Assembly (NCBI GenBank): GCA_951406725.2
Contig: OX597831.1
Span: 27,590,001 to 27,654,000 of the forward strand
Origin: Octopus vulgaris
Lineage: Eukaryota
Reading direction: 5' to 3'
DNA length: 64,000 bases
In this document: positions 26,490-41,572 of the stretch, in pieces
Layout of the letters: each line of letters opens with the position of its first letter
Numbering within the stretch: the stretch's first letter is position 1
The notes under the pieces: generated by a model
The model's input: only the letters and a program-made list of their open reading frames with translations
Database searches by the model: none
Told to the model about the DNA's origin: nothing
Position numbers and translations under genes: made by a program

Positions 26490-26948
26490 CCTTTTAACAT
26501 TCAGATTACTCTGTCAAACAAAATATTTATTTATATTGTTTTGAACTGATCATAAATTATCTTAAAATTCCAAGATTTTGATGAAGTGATTGTTTATTTT
26601 TAGAATGACATTATAGCACTAGCGTAGCTACAATGTGTGCCACCCGGGGTGGCCCTTCTGTTTCCCCCCCCCCAGACTCCATCAAAATGCATATTGCCTA
26701 CAGCAACAGCCTACAACAGGACGAAAAGTGCTGTCCTTTTAAAAGTGCCACCCAGGGCGGATCTACAAGATTCTACTTGTTTTATATTCAAACTTGCCAG
26801 ATTTAGCCTCTCACACCTACCCTACAATGTCATTCTAAAAATAATCATCTCATTAAAATCTCAAAACTACAAGACAATGCATGATTAGTTTAAAACAATG
26901 TGAATAAATATGCATTACATTTGACAGAATAATCTAAATGCTAAATGG
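26490..26948. mobile_element. piggyBac-like palindromic MITE with TTAA target sites and an internal insertion (~26617-26760)
   Basis: TTAA|CCTTTTAACATTCAGATTACTCTGTCAAA ... TTTGACAGAATAATCTAAATGCTAAATGG|TTAA, with ~125-bp imperfect inverted arms. Confidence 0.7.
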
Positions 26949-27998
26949 TTAAAAAGATTCAGTGCAGCTTTAAGCATTGATGGGGTACCATTGATGCCAG
27001 CTCCCCAATGAGAGGGTTCCAAGACAAATTTTTAGCTAAGAGTAAGCCACTGAATATACCCAGCATTCAATGACCTGGAGCATTTGAGAGAGTACCCTAC
27101 CCTGTAGTCTAGTGGTTGCTAAAAACACTAGGTGTAGCTAGATACCTTGTGTGATGTTGCAAGTAAAAATATATAGATGTATAGTGATGCTGTCAGTAAG
27201 GTGAGGGTTGGCCGTGAGTTCATGAGGAACTTAGTGGTTAGTTCTCAGCCCACTTCTTGTTCCTTGCAAGCAGTACTGCCACTCTAGGAGCAGTGGAAAG
27301 ATCCAGGGGGCTTGAAGAAAAGTGGGGCAATAAATGTAAAAACAACAAAATAATGGGATAAGTTAAGTTTTATTTGTGAAATACAGTTGTTTTGAAATTG
27401 CTGGGTAAAATGGTCCACATTTGTGGTGGTGAGTATGTGTGTGTTTGTGTTTGTGAAGGGGGCAGCACTAGGAATGTGGCCCAAGTGTCAAGTGGGGCAG
27501 CAACACGGAAATGTTTGAGAACCACTGTGTTAGAGTATCATTGTTTTGGTTCTTTATGTTTAGTGTTCAAATCCTGCTGAGGTCAATTAACTCATTTGTT
27601 CTCAGGTTGATGCAACGATACTGGTTCCAATTGATTAAAGAAGTACAAGCACGTTTCCGGCATCAAATTGACCATTTCCCTTACCTTATGGCTTTTACAG
27701 ACATTTCTTTTTTTTTTTACTTTCCAGAACTTTAATCCCTCCTGTGTTAATTTTTACTTTTTGTTCACCCAAAGGGGTTAAATGAATGCTAAAAATAAGT
27801 ACCAATCAACTACAGTAGTTGATTAGTCCACCTCCGTTCCTGAGAAAGTGGAGCCTTGTGACTCATAGCCATCAGCATTATCATCATCAGTAGTAGTAGT
27901 TGTAGTAGTAGTAGTAGTAACAGACTTAGTGTTATTAATAACTGAAGACAAAGTGAATAAAGAGCTAAGCAAATTGTATTGATTCTAAACTAGAGGCG

Positions 27999-28010
27999 GA
28001 TGTGTGTGTG

Positions 28011-28055
<45 letters not shown>

Positions 28056-28271
28056 ACCAACTGATAAAAGCAGTATCCTCAACTGTGTTTGTGTGTCAGG
28101 TCATCCTGTCTGTGTGTGTCATGTGTGTGTGTATATATATATATACACACACATAATATATATATCTATACACACACACACATATATATATATATACACA
28201 CATATATATATATACACACACACACACACATATATATATACACACACACACATATATATATACACACACAC

Positions 28272-28328
<57 letters not shown>

Positions 28329-28425
28329 CACACACACACACATATATATATATACACACACATATATATATATACACACACATATATATACACACACACA
28401 TATATATATGTGTGTGTGTGTGTGT

Positions 28426-28456
<31 letters not shown>

Positions 28457-28580
28457 GCAAGTGACAGGCAGACTGAATGTGAGTGTGTGCGTATGTGTAT
28501 ACACACACACATTTGTGTATATCAATGTGAGAAAGCCAAAAACAAATACACAACCCTCATACACACACACACACACACAC
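27999..28580. repeat. (TG)n/(TA)n(CA)n compound microsatellite
   Basis: Direct reading of the sequence. Confidence 0.95.
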
Positions 28581-28758
28581 CTAACACTCAATGACACAAC
28601 CATCAAAGTCCACGATGAAATCAATGAGTCGCCAAACAAAAGTGAAACTAGACCAAGTTATCATCATCATCGTCATCATCAACAATAATAGTAACACTTC
28701 AAAGAACAACAACAACGCGTATAATCACAAGATTTGAGAGAAACAATTGTGGGTAGAA

Positions 28759-28824
<66 letters not shown>

Positions 28825-29479
28825 TGGGAACTGGGTAGAATATGAGTTATGTATTCAGTGGCAAAGTGAAATCTAGCTCATAGGGGTGGGTGAGATAAAT
28901 AAGTTAAGGGTGAAGGGTTACAGAGGGGACAAAACTGAGGTTGTAATTAATAAGATGGCGATAAAGATTAGTAGTAGTAGTAGCAGTAGTAATAGTAGTA
29001 GTAGTAATATGGGAGCATCCATCGTAATGTGTTGCTGCATCAACCATTTGTTGGCGATGCCCATCTCCTAGCAGATGACACCTCTGTGCTACTCAGGCGA
29101 CAAACCTCCAACCCATGGGTCAGTTTGGGTAGTTGTTGCTGGTGAGGGTTTTACAAGCTCAGGGCGCAAAACTTACCTCTACTTCTTTTAATTGCCTTTT
29201 ATGCCATGCAGAAGGAACATTGGTGGTGGGGGGAGTCTATTCTTTGATGTACTGGTCCCCACGTAGCACTACAGCAACATGAAATGAAGTTTTTGCTCAA
29301 GAAAACACACTGCCTGAACCAGGTACTGATCCCATGATCTGGTGATCATGAGCATAACATCCCAACCACTAGGCCATGTGCCTTCAGGAGAAATCTCCTT
29401 TCTGAGTCATATAGACTCATGGGGGTTGGTTTCTTGGAGCTTTGCTGAATGTACCTCATCCTCTGGACAGGACACTGGT

Positions 29480-30530
29480 CCATCACAGGAATACTCATTT
29501 TTGCCTCCACGATAATCACAGCCATCACAGCTATAAACACCTGCACACAGAGTTACCTATACCACCACCTTTGTGTACGGTTACTCCTGTACCTGTCGTA
29601 TACCATTGTTCACAGCCAGTACAATACAAACACTGCCTGTATGTAAGTGTTTCTACAGCTCATGTAGTAGAGGTATTAATATCATGTAGCAGTACCCCGC
29701 AAACAATACCATACCAACACCATCTCAGTAGAGGGATACCCCACAACTAGTACAGTATAGACACAACTACATACAATTACCAACAGTTAGTACAGAACGG
29801 ACGCTATAGTTATGTAATGTATCCACAGACAGTAGTCCAAACACCTCTGTATAGTTACTAAAATACAGATACTAAGTCTATAAGAGTACCCACTGCTCGT
29901 ACAGTAGAGGAGCTATTATTTAAGGTTACCAACAGACAGTAGAGCTCTGCCACCCTTCAATATCCACAGTTAATATACTAGAGACTACAATTAGATAAAA
30001 GTACCTACAACTAGTACAATACACTGGAAACACTACATCTATATAGGGATATACACAACTTGTATAGTAGAGAATTTATTATTATATAGGGATACCCAAA
30101 GATATGTTCTATTAACATCAGTATAGGGGTCTCCACACTAGAGACACTATCATATAGAGGTACCCATAGGAAATTCTATATCTGTATAAGAGTACCCATA
30201 GTTTGTACAGCAGCCATATTACATCCATATAAGGTTATCCACAGTATTAATACATCTATATAGTAGTATATAATGCCAGTACGGTACAGTAGAAACAAGA
30301 CATCCATACAGGATTATCCATAGCCGTACAGTACGAGCATAATACACATATACAGGGGTGCCCACAGCTATCGTAGTATAGTAGAGACACAAGGCTATAA
30401 CAGGGTATACACAGCTAATACAGTACTAATATGACATATCTATATAAGGGTGCCCACTGCTAATGCTATAGAGTAGAAACCTATTCGTGTTGAAATATAC
30501 AAAGTTTGTACAGTAGAGACACAAACAATG
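29480..30530. repeat. Old degenerate minisatellite, ~40-43 bp unit (CCACAGCTAGTACAGTAGAGACACTACATCTATATAGGGTAC-like)
   Basis: CCACA..TAGTACAG and TAGAGACAC recur at ~41-bp spacing (e.g. 29741, 29781, 29823). Confidence 0.7.
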
Positions 30531-30719
30531 CAGATAATATATATTGACCCCCAAAAAAGGGGCTAAAGTTAACTAAATGAAAGTAAAGTAATATTTCCCC
30601 ATGGCCAGACATCTTTGCACAGAATATTGTAAACAAAGGAGGCCACACGCATAATGGTGACATTTCTTTATGACTAATATATTATGTTGAGGCAAGAAGA
30701 CAGTAACACTCACTCACAC

Positions 30720-30890
30720 AAAGCAGTGCTGTTTTGCTGAACGTGGAAGGAACCTGTGGAAGATCTAAGAAAATGTGGGACGAAGTGGTGAAGACTGAAC
30801 TCCTGATGCTGAGCCTCTCAGAGATGATGATGGGGGACTGAGATAATTGGCAATATGCTGTGTTGGGAAGACCCAGCCAACTCAGCAGAA
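30720..30890 (+). mobile_element. RTE LINE 3' fragment
   Basis: VEGTCGRSKKMWDEVVKTEL..DNWQYAV is typical of the RTE C-terminal GRP.KTW...V..D...DR..W motif. Confidence 0.55.
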
Positions 30891-31529
30891 TTGGAAGTTC
30901 TGTCAAGCCTTCCCTCATCATCTAATACACATTCTTCTATCAATCTTCTGTGTTACTCTATTTCCTTGCTTCACCTCCCCTCTGCTGAACTCATATCCTG
31001 TGTCCAATTCATTCCCTATCTCTAATTTTCTGTCACACTGTTTTCACTCAGTGTTAAAATAGTGTGACAAATCCACCTTTTCTGCTTTTCTATCCTATTC
31101 TATCTCATATTCACCTTGTACCTGTGCTTCCATCTCTTGGTTTCATTTTCCAGGTGGGCAAGCTATGTATTCACCTCTTCAGCAAGACACCTGCTCCTTG
31201 TCCCTCTATCATAGTTTCTCATCCCTCCATTTTATACCCCATTCAGCTGAGGAGTCTTGTGGTTACTTGGTGGCCTCACTGGTGCTGATACCATGCAAAA
31301 AGCATCGAACACACATTCAAGTGATTAACATTAAGAAGGGCATCCAGCTGTTGAACCATACCAAAGCAGACATAGAATCAGGTACAGCCTTCTTGCTTGT
31401 CTGTATCAAACTGTCCAACCCATGCCAGCATTGAAAAGGGGGATACTGAGTCATGATGATGATGATATATACACAATAGGCTTCTTTTGGTTTCCATCTA
31501 CCAAATCCACAGGGGATTTCATTCATTCA

Positions 31530-33833
31530 GGGTCAATGAAATAAGTACCAGTAGAGCACTGGGGTGAGTGTAATTGACTAGCACCCTCCCACAAATTTTC
31601 AGGCTTTGTGCCTAAAATAGAATTATAATCATCATTGAGATGACAAACTGGAAAAATCATTAGATCGTGGGTCAAAATTTTTGGCAGAATTTCTTAAGAC
31701 TCTTTATGTTCTGAGCTCAATTTTGTTGATCATCCTTTTGGAATCAATGCAATAAGTACCAGTTGCAAATTTTAGGCCCTATGCCTGTAGTAGAAAGGGT
31801 TAGTATTATTACTGTTATTTACACTCTTAGAGTGGTTGGCGCTAGGAAGGGCATCCAGCTGTAGAAACTGTGTCAAATAAGATTGGAACCTGGTGCAGCT
31901 CCCCAGGTTACCAGTTTTCAGTCAAACTGTCCAACCCATGCCAGGCAAAATCCTTAGCAGCATTTTATCCGTCTTAACATTCTGAATTCAAATCCTGCTG
32001 AGGTTGACTTTGTCTTTCATCCTTTTGGGGTCGACAAACTAAGTACCAGTTGCGTACTGAGGTCAATGTAATCGACTATACTCCTCCCCCAAATTTCAGG
32101 CCTTGTGCCTATTGTAGAAAGGACTATTATTATTATTATTATTATTACCTCCACCACTAAGGCAGTGGTATTGTTTTCCGTCGCGTTTCTTTGTTGGTCC
32201 GTGGACAAGATATCTCAAAAACCGCTGGATGGATTCGAATGAAACTTTCAGCGATGTTTGACCTCGTACCTGGCATGAACTGATTAGATTTTGAGATTGA
32301 TCCAGTACCGGACAAGGATTCTGGATAGTTTTTTTCAGTTTTTTACTTAATTTTTGAGAGCAGTCGGGTTCATTTTTAGTATTCTTGTTTGTGAGAACAG
32401 TTGAGTTTATTTCTAATATTTTCATTTTAAAAAAATCGTCTCTGGCTAATTGTTGAGAGGACATTGGTGTTGCCTTGGCGGAGGTTTGTGCACTCTGAGT
32501 GCTCTTCTTCTTCTTCTTCTTATTATTATTATTATAAGGGTGGTGGATTGGCAAAATCGTTAGAGAGCATCAGACAAAACATTGGTTCAGTACTGGTTCA
32601 ATGTAAATGACTAAATCCCTTTCCTCAAAACAAGAAATCGAGGGCAATAATTTGGCAGAATCAATACAGCAAATGACTAAATGCCCTGTATTTGTTCCAG
32701 CTCTTTAGGTTCAGAGTTCAAATTCTGCTGAGGTCAATTCTGCTTTTTCATCCTTTCAGCATTCATGAAGTACAGGTCAAGTAGTGGGGCTGATATAAAT
32801 AACACATTCCCCTTAAAATTGTTGCCCTTGCAGCTAAAGTAAAAATCATTATTATTATTAAGGCAGTGAGCTGGCAGAATCGTTAGCATGCCAGGCAAAA
32901 TGCTTAGAGGTATTTCATCTGCCACTATGTTCTGAGTTCAAATTCTGCCGAGGTCAAACTTTGCTTTTCATCCTTTCAGGGTCGATTAAATAAGTACCAG
33001 TTACACACTGGGGTTGATGTAATTGACTTACCCCCTCTCCCCAAATTTCAGGCCTTGTGCCTATAGTAGAAAGGATTATTATTATTATTATTATTAAGGT
33101 GGCGAGCTGGCAGAACCATTAGCATGCCAAGCAAAATGCTTAGCGGTATTTCTTCTGCTACTAACTTCTGAGTTCAAATTCTGCCGAAGTCGACTTTGCC
33201 TTTCATCCTTTCGGGGTCGATAAATTAAGTACCAGTGAGACACTGGGAGTGATATAATTGACTAGCCCCCACCCCACAAATTTGAGGTCCTGTGCCTCCA
33301 GTAGAAAGGGTTATTATTGTTGTTGCTATTATTACTAAGGTAGCCTTTAGTAGAAAGGATTGTTATTATTATTATTACTATTATTAAGGTGGCAAGCTGG
33401 CAGAATCGTTAGCATGCTGGTCAAAATGCATAGTGGTATTTCATCTGCCACTATGTTCTGAGTTCAAATTCTGCCGAAGTCACACTTTGCCTTTCATCCT
33501 TTCGGGGTCGATTAATTGAGTACCAGTTACGCACTGGGGTTGAAGTAATTGACTTACCCCCTCGCCCCAAATTTCAGGCCTTGTGCCTACAGTAGAAAAG
33601 ATTAATATTATTATTAAGGTATCAAGCTCCTAGAAAAGTTAGCATGCTGGACAAAATGCTTAGCAGTATTTCGTCTGCTGTTACATTCTGAGTTCAAATT
33701 CTGCCGAGGTCGACTTTACCTTTCATCCTTTCAGGGTCGATGAAATAAGTATCAGTTGAACACTGCGGTTGACGTAATTGATTAATCCCCCTACCCTAAA
33801 ATTGCTGCCCTTGTGGCAAAATTTGAAACCACT

Positions 33834-33865
<32 letters not shown>

Positions 33866-34350
33866 GGTGAGCTGGCAAAATCGTTATTAACACACTGGGC
33901 GAAATGCTTAGCAATATTTCGCCTGTTGCTACATTCTGAGTTCAAATTCTGCCGAGGTCGACTTTGCCTACCATCCTTTCTGAATCAATAAATTAAGTAC
34001 CAGTGAAACACGGGGTGGGGTGGGGGCAATGTAATCAACTTGTCCCCTCCCACCAAATTCCAGGCCTTGTGCTTTTTGAAGTAAGGATTATCATTATCAT
34101 CATCATCATCCTCCTCCTCCTCATCATTAAGGAAGTGAGCTGACAGAATTATTGGATTGTCAAACAAAATGCTTAGCAGCAATTCATCCAGCTCTTTATG
34201 TTTTGAGTTCAAATTCTGATGAAGTCAACTTTGCCTTTCATCTCTTTGGGACCGATAAAATAAAGCACCAGTCATGTACTGGAGTCAACGTAATTGACTT
34301 AGCCCCCCCACTCCCTAAAATCACTAGCCTCGAGCCAAAATTCAAAACAA
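31530..34350 (+). mobile_element. Array of ~10 co-oriented MetaSINE-like copies separated by (ATT)n
   Basis: Repeated GCTGGCAGAATCGTTAGC..GAGTTCAAATTCTGCCGA..GTAGAAAGGATTATTATT units. Confidence 0.85.
32143..32507 (+). mobile_element. Helentron-associated non-autonomous element (HINE/DINE-1-like)
   Basis: 5' TATTACCTCC(A)CC, subterminal inverted GGCGGAGGT and 3' hairpin GCACTC-T-GAGTGC. Inserted in a T-rich (ATT)n tail. Confidence 0.7.
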
Positions 34351-37243
34351 TTGCTGTTGTTATTCAGAGACTTTCCTCTTCAAATCAAGTTCTCATCAAC
34401 TTTCTCAAGTTCCACTTGAAAAGGAAAGTGAGGATGGAGAGAGAAGTGTTCCCCTCCAGTGAACTTATTAAATGTTGGGTGATTGTGGAGAATATCATAA
34501 GAGTAGAATATGCATCTGTAGAGTGGAGAACAACTGTCCAGTGTAAGGTTCTTTAACTGGCACCAGTTGGAGTTTCTGCTGTGTCAGGAAGACTGTATCA
34601 TCCTTATGTAATGGAGAGTAGCCATGTACCTTCTCAATGGCAAGACACTGTGCTTGTCCCTCTATTATATGTTAGCCTTTCAACACATAACAAATAGCCA
34701 CCTCCCCCTCTACTTAGGTGGTGGCTTTTTCCTGTTCTTTCCTTATGCAAATTACTTGGTGACCTCACTGGAGCTAGTAGTGCGAAAAAAAGGTCCCAGT
34801 ATAGTGGTTGGTGTAAGGAAGGGTATCCAGCTGTAGAAACCATACTAAAGCTGATGTTGGAGTTTCACACAGCCCTTTGGTTTACTGGATCTTGTCAATC
34901 CATCCACTTGATGCCAGTATGGAAAATGGAGATGGTATGCATACTTTTCATGTCATTTCTTTCCCCCTTTTTTTTAACCAAATTTTATGTAATCTCTGTC
35001 CACACAAACTGTAACTGGTCCCTGCCTTTGTAATATCCCTTTCGTCTGATGCCCCTGTGGCAAATAGAAACCATCATCATAGAAAATGAACAACAATATT
35101 GTCAATAACATGGCACACCCAAAACCAAAGACCCAGTCTTCAACCAAGCAACAGTACTGATAATTACCATTATATCATAAAGATTGGCAAGTTGTGGCCT
35201 TTATGATTTGACCCCAAAACATTTAAAATAGTGGTCATTGAATCCTTACCTAAGAAAATTGGTTTCAAATTTTGGCACAAAGCCAGCAATTTTTAAGGGG
35301 AGGATAACGCATTAACTCTAGTCTTTTATTCTTTTACTTAATTCTGTCATTTGAGTGTAGCCATGCTGGTTTATTTGTTCCTTCTCGAGCCATGCCTGGC
35401 TCATAAGGGCCGGTTTCCCAGTTTCCTTGACGTACAGGTTCCCCACCTGGACAGGACGCTGGTCCATCACAGGTGAGCTGCAAGATGCAGGAGGAAAGAG
35501 TGAGAGAGAGTTGTGGTGAAAGAGTCAGCAGAAGTTCGCCATTACCTTCTGCCAGAGCTGCGTGGAACTTAGGTGTTTCGCTCATAAACACACACATCAT
35601 CCGGTTTGAGATTTGAACCTGCAATCCCTCGACCGCGAGTCCTAGAGAGAACAGTCAAATCTTCAATTCACACTCTATTGTGAATTTAAAAAGTGGGATG
35701 GTTTAAATTATTGCTATTGAAAAGTGGTTGTTATTGAGTTCTAGGGCTAAAACATCAACCAGCATGCTTCAATAATAATAATGATCTCAGAAGCTAATGA
35801 AGTACTCAACTTAGTAGAAATAATAGCCAAAACTTCCTCAAATCCCACATGACTGTCTTCCAAAACATAAAAGGAGACATTCACCATTGCTGTCTAAGAT
35901 CCCTAGTATTAAAAAAAAGAGGAAAAACGGTGGAATGATCATAAATGGAATGTGTGTGATCATCATGTAACTAACAGATCAGGCTAACTTGGAACCTAAA
36001 CAATAAGTTCCATACATACAAAAGATCACAGCATCAATGGGGCAGGTAGGTGGTGGTGGTGTTGTTGATATAATGGACTCATTTTATAGACCAAGAGGAA
36101 GGATGAAAGGGCAGAATTTGAATTCATTCGGCGCTCTACCGATTTTTGTCATTCACCAACCTAATTTCTGTTACTGGTCCAAAGGGTGCCACGCAAAACG
36201 TTAGGGATAGTACATGAATGGAAAACAAAGTTCAAAAAGATGAGATCATTAAAAAAAAAAAAAAAAAAAAAGGCAACAAATACTTTCTAACATATGCACG
36301 AGGCCAGAAATGAAAGGATGAGGGTGGGAGGGGGACAATGGAAAGTCTATTACATATATATATATATATATACACATATCAACCCTAGTACGCAACTATG
36401 GTACTTTATTTTATCGATCCCCGAAACGATGAAAGGTTAAGTCGACCTCGGCGACATTTGAACGCAGAACAAATAGTCGGAACCAATACTGCAAGGCATT
36501 TTCACCGATACTCTAATGGTTCCGCTAATCCACACATTTCCAAAGTCCTCATGGTTATAAAGAAGGATGTAAGTGGGAGTGTGGTTTTACTTGGCCAACG
36601 CCACAGCAGAGGAAGTCTGGATTCTTCTATAGAGACCCACCCACCGAAATGAAATCAACTTCGGTTTGAATTTCTGGCTAGAATGCAGAACGACATCACT
36701 AAATGTTGTGATTTAGCACGGTCTTCCATTTCTCAAACACCAATGGCCTAACAACAAGTAACTAACACTGGACAACAGCCAATAAGATAACTTCAACGTG
36801 GTTGCTCAACCTGTCAGAAATAACCGCCAAATCTCCCTCGCCTCCCATCTTCCAAACATGTTTAAAAATGGGAACGACACATTACATAATGTAGTATTAG
36901 ACAATTTGCATCTTGTAGATGAATAGTTACAACTTTCACCGTAGATTTAGCTCGATCAGGAGAGAGCTGGAGCTAAACAACTGTTATGACACAAAGCTAC
37001 AAAAAGTAGGAAATACGATGGTTAAGAGAAGGGTATATCCCATGGAGTAGTCATTAGCACACATGTCTGGAACATACTTCCATACTGATCCAGGAAGAAG
37101 GAAAAGAAAATACGGTTTCTCTAGAATTTGGAACTAAGTACAAAGGCAGAAACTAAACTAACATTAATGAATTTATTAATCCCATGTAGTATTTCTGCAA
37201 AATCGGTCCATGTGAACAGGCTATGTCGATTCACATGGATTCA

Positions 37244-37891
<648 letters not shown>

Positions 37892-39734
37892 TTATTGTAT
37901 AGTTCACCTATAGTTGTTATATAGATAAGATATATATACAGAGGGAGGCGGATAACAAAAGGAGGAAGGAATGAAATCGAAGTATTGAAGGAAGAGAAAG
38001 GAAAAACAACTTAGAAATCGAAAGTTTTTTGTCACACACGCATTCATATATATAAACATATATAATATATATGTTTATATATACGTGTTTTATATATAAA
38101 TGTATGTATATACTGGCACACAGACACACCTTACTTCGTGAGAGTTCAAAAGCTCAAATAAACGAACAAAAACTTACTGAAAATTCCGGTTAATATACTG
38201 GGATATATTTTTGTTAAGTTTGTATAAGTTATAAACACATATGTATAGGTATTTATAGCTGAACACGGATAATATAGAGATAGGTAGGTGTTGCGTCTAT
38301 GTGTTTTTTTGTATAAATATACATGTGTATAGATACGACAGTGTATATATATGTATATTGTGTACGTGTATGTATGTATGTTGGACGTGTTTAACTAAAC
38401 TACTTTGTGTCGTGCAGTTAATGAAAACAGCAATGAAAGCAGTAGAAGTTAATACTAATTAATAATTAGGAAAATATTAAAGAACCAAAAAATAAGGGAA
38501 GAAAGAAGAAAAAGAAAACCAAAAATGACAACACCAAGAAGAAGGAACAAATAATATCAGTTAACGATTTTTCGCCGTGAATGCTCAATAGAGTAAACAA
38601 CAAAGAGGAGGGAGTAGAAACTAGACTACAGGTGGTGTGTGTTACATGTGTCTCTCTCTCTATATGTATAAAGGAGTGTTAAACTTTGTGAAAGCTGGTG
38701 GTGCGGATGATGTAACGTGTTGAGCAGCTCACCACACACAAACATATATAAATAAATATATATGTGTGTGTGTGTATGTGAGAGAGAAAACACGCAGAGG
38801 GGAGATACAAACGTGTATATATCTCTCTTCCCTTTCTATATATACACGCAAACACACACACACGGAAGACAGAATAGAAGATATAATCAACCAGGTGATC
38901 TCACCCCAATAAAAAAAAAACCACACAAGCAGAGCTACCCAACTATTCTTTACTAGTTATATACGCATCCAGTTATTACTGGAATTACCCCCCTTGATCT
39001 CCCCCTCTCTCTCTATCTTTCTTTCCTTCTCCAATCTTACTGACTTCAGCATTTGAAAGTCTTTTTATTTACATTATTTACATTGTTGTTGCTTAATTCC
39101 TAATCAACCCAGACCAAACAATAAACCCATGATCTAAAACGATCCAGCCGTGACTATTCCCCCTTGTTATTCACTATGCGCAATATGTACTCGTTCCCCA
39201 GATACATTTTTATAAAGTTTCCTTCCAATTTTCACGACAGTAAAGTTGTAAGTTTAAGGAGATTTGACTGCTATTTCTAGCACGCCGTTTTTGTTCTTGT
39301 TTAACTCTCAGGTCATCCCATGACCAAAAGCATTTCAACTATGACTATTTTGTCTTATTATTCAGGCATAGGTGTATCTAGGACTACATTATATGAATGT
39401 TTTCTTCTTGTTAGTGTTGTTTAACCCCCAAAACTTCCCTGATCCAGCAGCAAAACTGTGTCCTGCCATCCATGACCATCATATGTTTTTATTTGGACAG
39501 AGGTGTATCTAGTTGCACATCATATAAGGCATATAGCGTGTTATACATATATATATATAGGTGCAGGAGTGGCTGTGTGGTAAGTAGCTTGCTTACCAAC
39601 CACATGGTTCCAGGTTCAGTCCCACTGCATGGAACCTTGGGCAAGTGTCTTCTACTATAGCCGCGAGCCAACCAAAGCCTGGTGAGTGGATTTGGTAGAC
39701 GGAAACTGAAAGAAGCCCGTCGCATATATGTTTG

Positions 39735-39775
<41 letters not shown>

Positions 39776-41370
39776 GCATGTGTGTGTATATGTTTGTGTG
39801 TGTGTGTGTCCAACAGTTCTTGACAACCGATGCTAGTGTGTTCGACAAAAGTGACCGATAGAATAAGTACTATGCTTACAAAGAATAAATCCTGGGGTCG
39901 ATTAGCTTGACTAAAGGCAGTGCTCCAGCATGGCTGCAGTCAAAATGACTGAAACAAGTAAAAGAGAGTAAAAGCACTGAAAACGGACGTTAAACGATGA
40001 TGAGGATGATGATGATGTATGTATATATATATATTTGCTAAAGAGGACAACAAATGCTATGGCAAGGCAGGCATCTCAAGTCATATCTGTTATTGTGATT
40101 AGAAAAATTTTACGTCTCACAGCTGTTTCTGGGATATCTCAAAATATGGGATACGGTGTCATTGGAGACAAACAGGGAAAATGTGAAGGGTGTAGATTAA
40201 GGAAACGATGAAACAAAGAACTCTTTTACTTGTTTCAGTCATTTGACTGTCGCCATGCTGGAGCCCCACCTTTTTAGTCAAGCAAATCGACCCCAGGAAT
40301 TATTCTTTGGAAGCCTAGTACTTATTCTATCAGTCTCTTTTGCTGAACTGCTAAGTTATGGGGATGTAAACACACCAGCAGACGGTTGTCAAGTGATGCT
40401 GGGAGGACAAACACAGACACAAACACACACACATATACAACGGGCTTCTTTCAGTTTCCGTCTACCAAATCCATTCACAAGGTTTTTGGTCAGGTCAAAG
40501 CTATAGTAGAAGACACTTGCCCAAGGTGCCATGCAGTGGGACTGAACCCGGAAGTATGTGGCTGGTAAGCAAGCTATTTACCACACAGCCACTTCTATGT
40601 CTATAAAAGCATTTCGTCCAGTGTGCTAACGATTCTGTCAGCTCGCCGTTCTCAATCCTTCCTACTTTTAAAGGGCTGGAATTTGTGGGAAGGGGGATAG
40701 TCGATTACATCGACCCCCTACGTTTCACTAGTACTTAATTTATTGACCCTAAAAAGATGAAAGGCAAAGTTGAACTCAGTGGAATTTGAGCTCAGAACAT
40801 AAAGATGGACGAAATGCCAGTATGCATTTTGATTGGCAAAGAAATGAAGAATAAAGGAAAGAAAGAAAAAAAGAAAAGAAGAAATATGAAACATAAAAGT
40901 TAACAGTTCAACTTTCCGATTCTGTAGATGCTAATCCATAAGTCTTTAGGTACAATCCTATGTAAATCCAGGTATAATTATAGCCTTCATAGTGTAAATA
41001 TCCACAGATAAACCCAATCATATCGATGGTTCATAAGGGAGTTATATATATATATGTTTGTGTGCCTGTGTTTGTTACCCCATCATTGCTTGATGACCGA
41101 TGTTGGTGTACTTATGTCATAACTTGGCATTTTGGCAAAAGAGACTGATAGAATAAGTACTAGGCTTACAAAGAATAAGTCCTGGGGTCAATTTGTTCGA
41201 CTAAAGGTGGTGTTCCAGTGTGGCCGCAGTCGAATGACTGAAAGAAGAATATATATATATATATAAAAGCATTTATATATATATATATAAAAGCGTATTC
41301 TTTGTAGTTTGATCGTTGGTGATCTATTTCTAGCATACGGCCGACTACCTAGCGGTCTTGCCCTCTCAAT

Positions 41371-41412
<42 letters not shown>

Positions 41413-41536
41413 TGATAAAACGGTAAGATATATATATATATATGCATGTATGTGTATATATGGAGATAGATAGATTGATTGATAGACAGACAGACAGACG
41501 GACAAACAGACAGCTAGATGGATGGATGGATGGATT

Positions 41537-41572
<36 letters not shown>

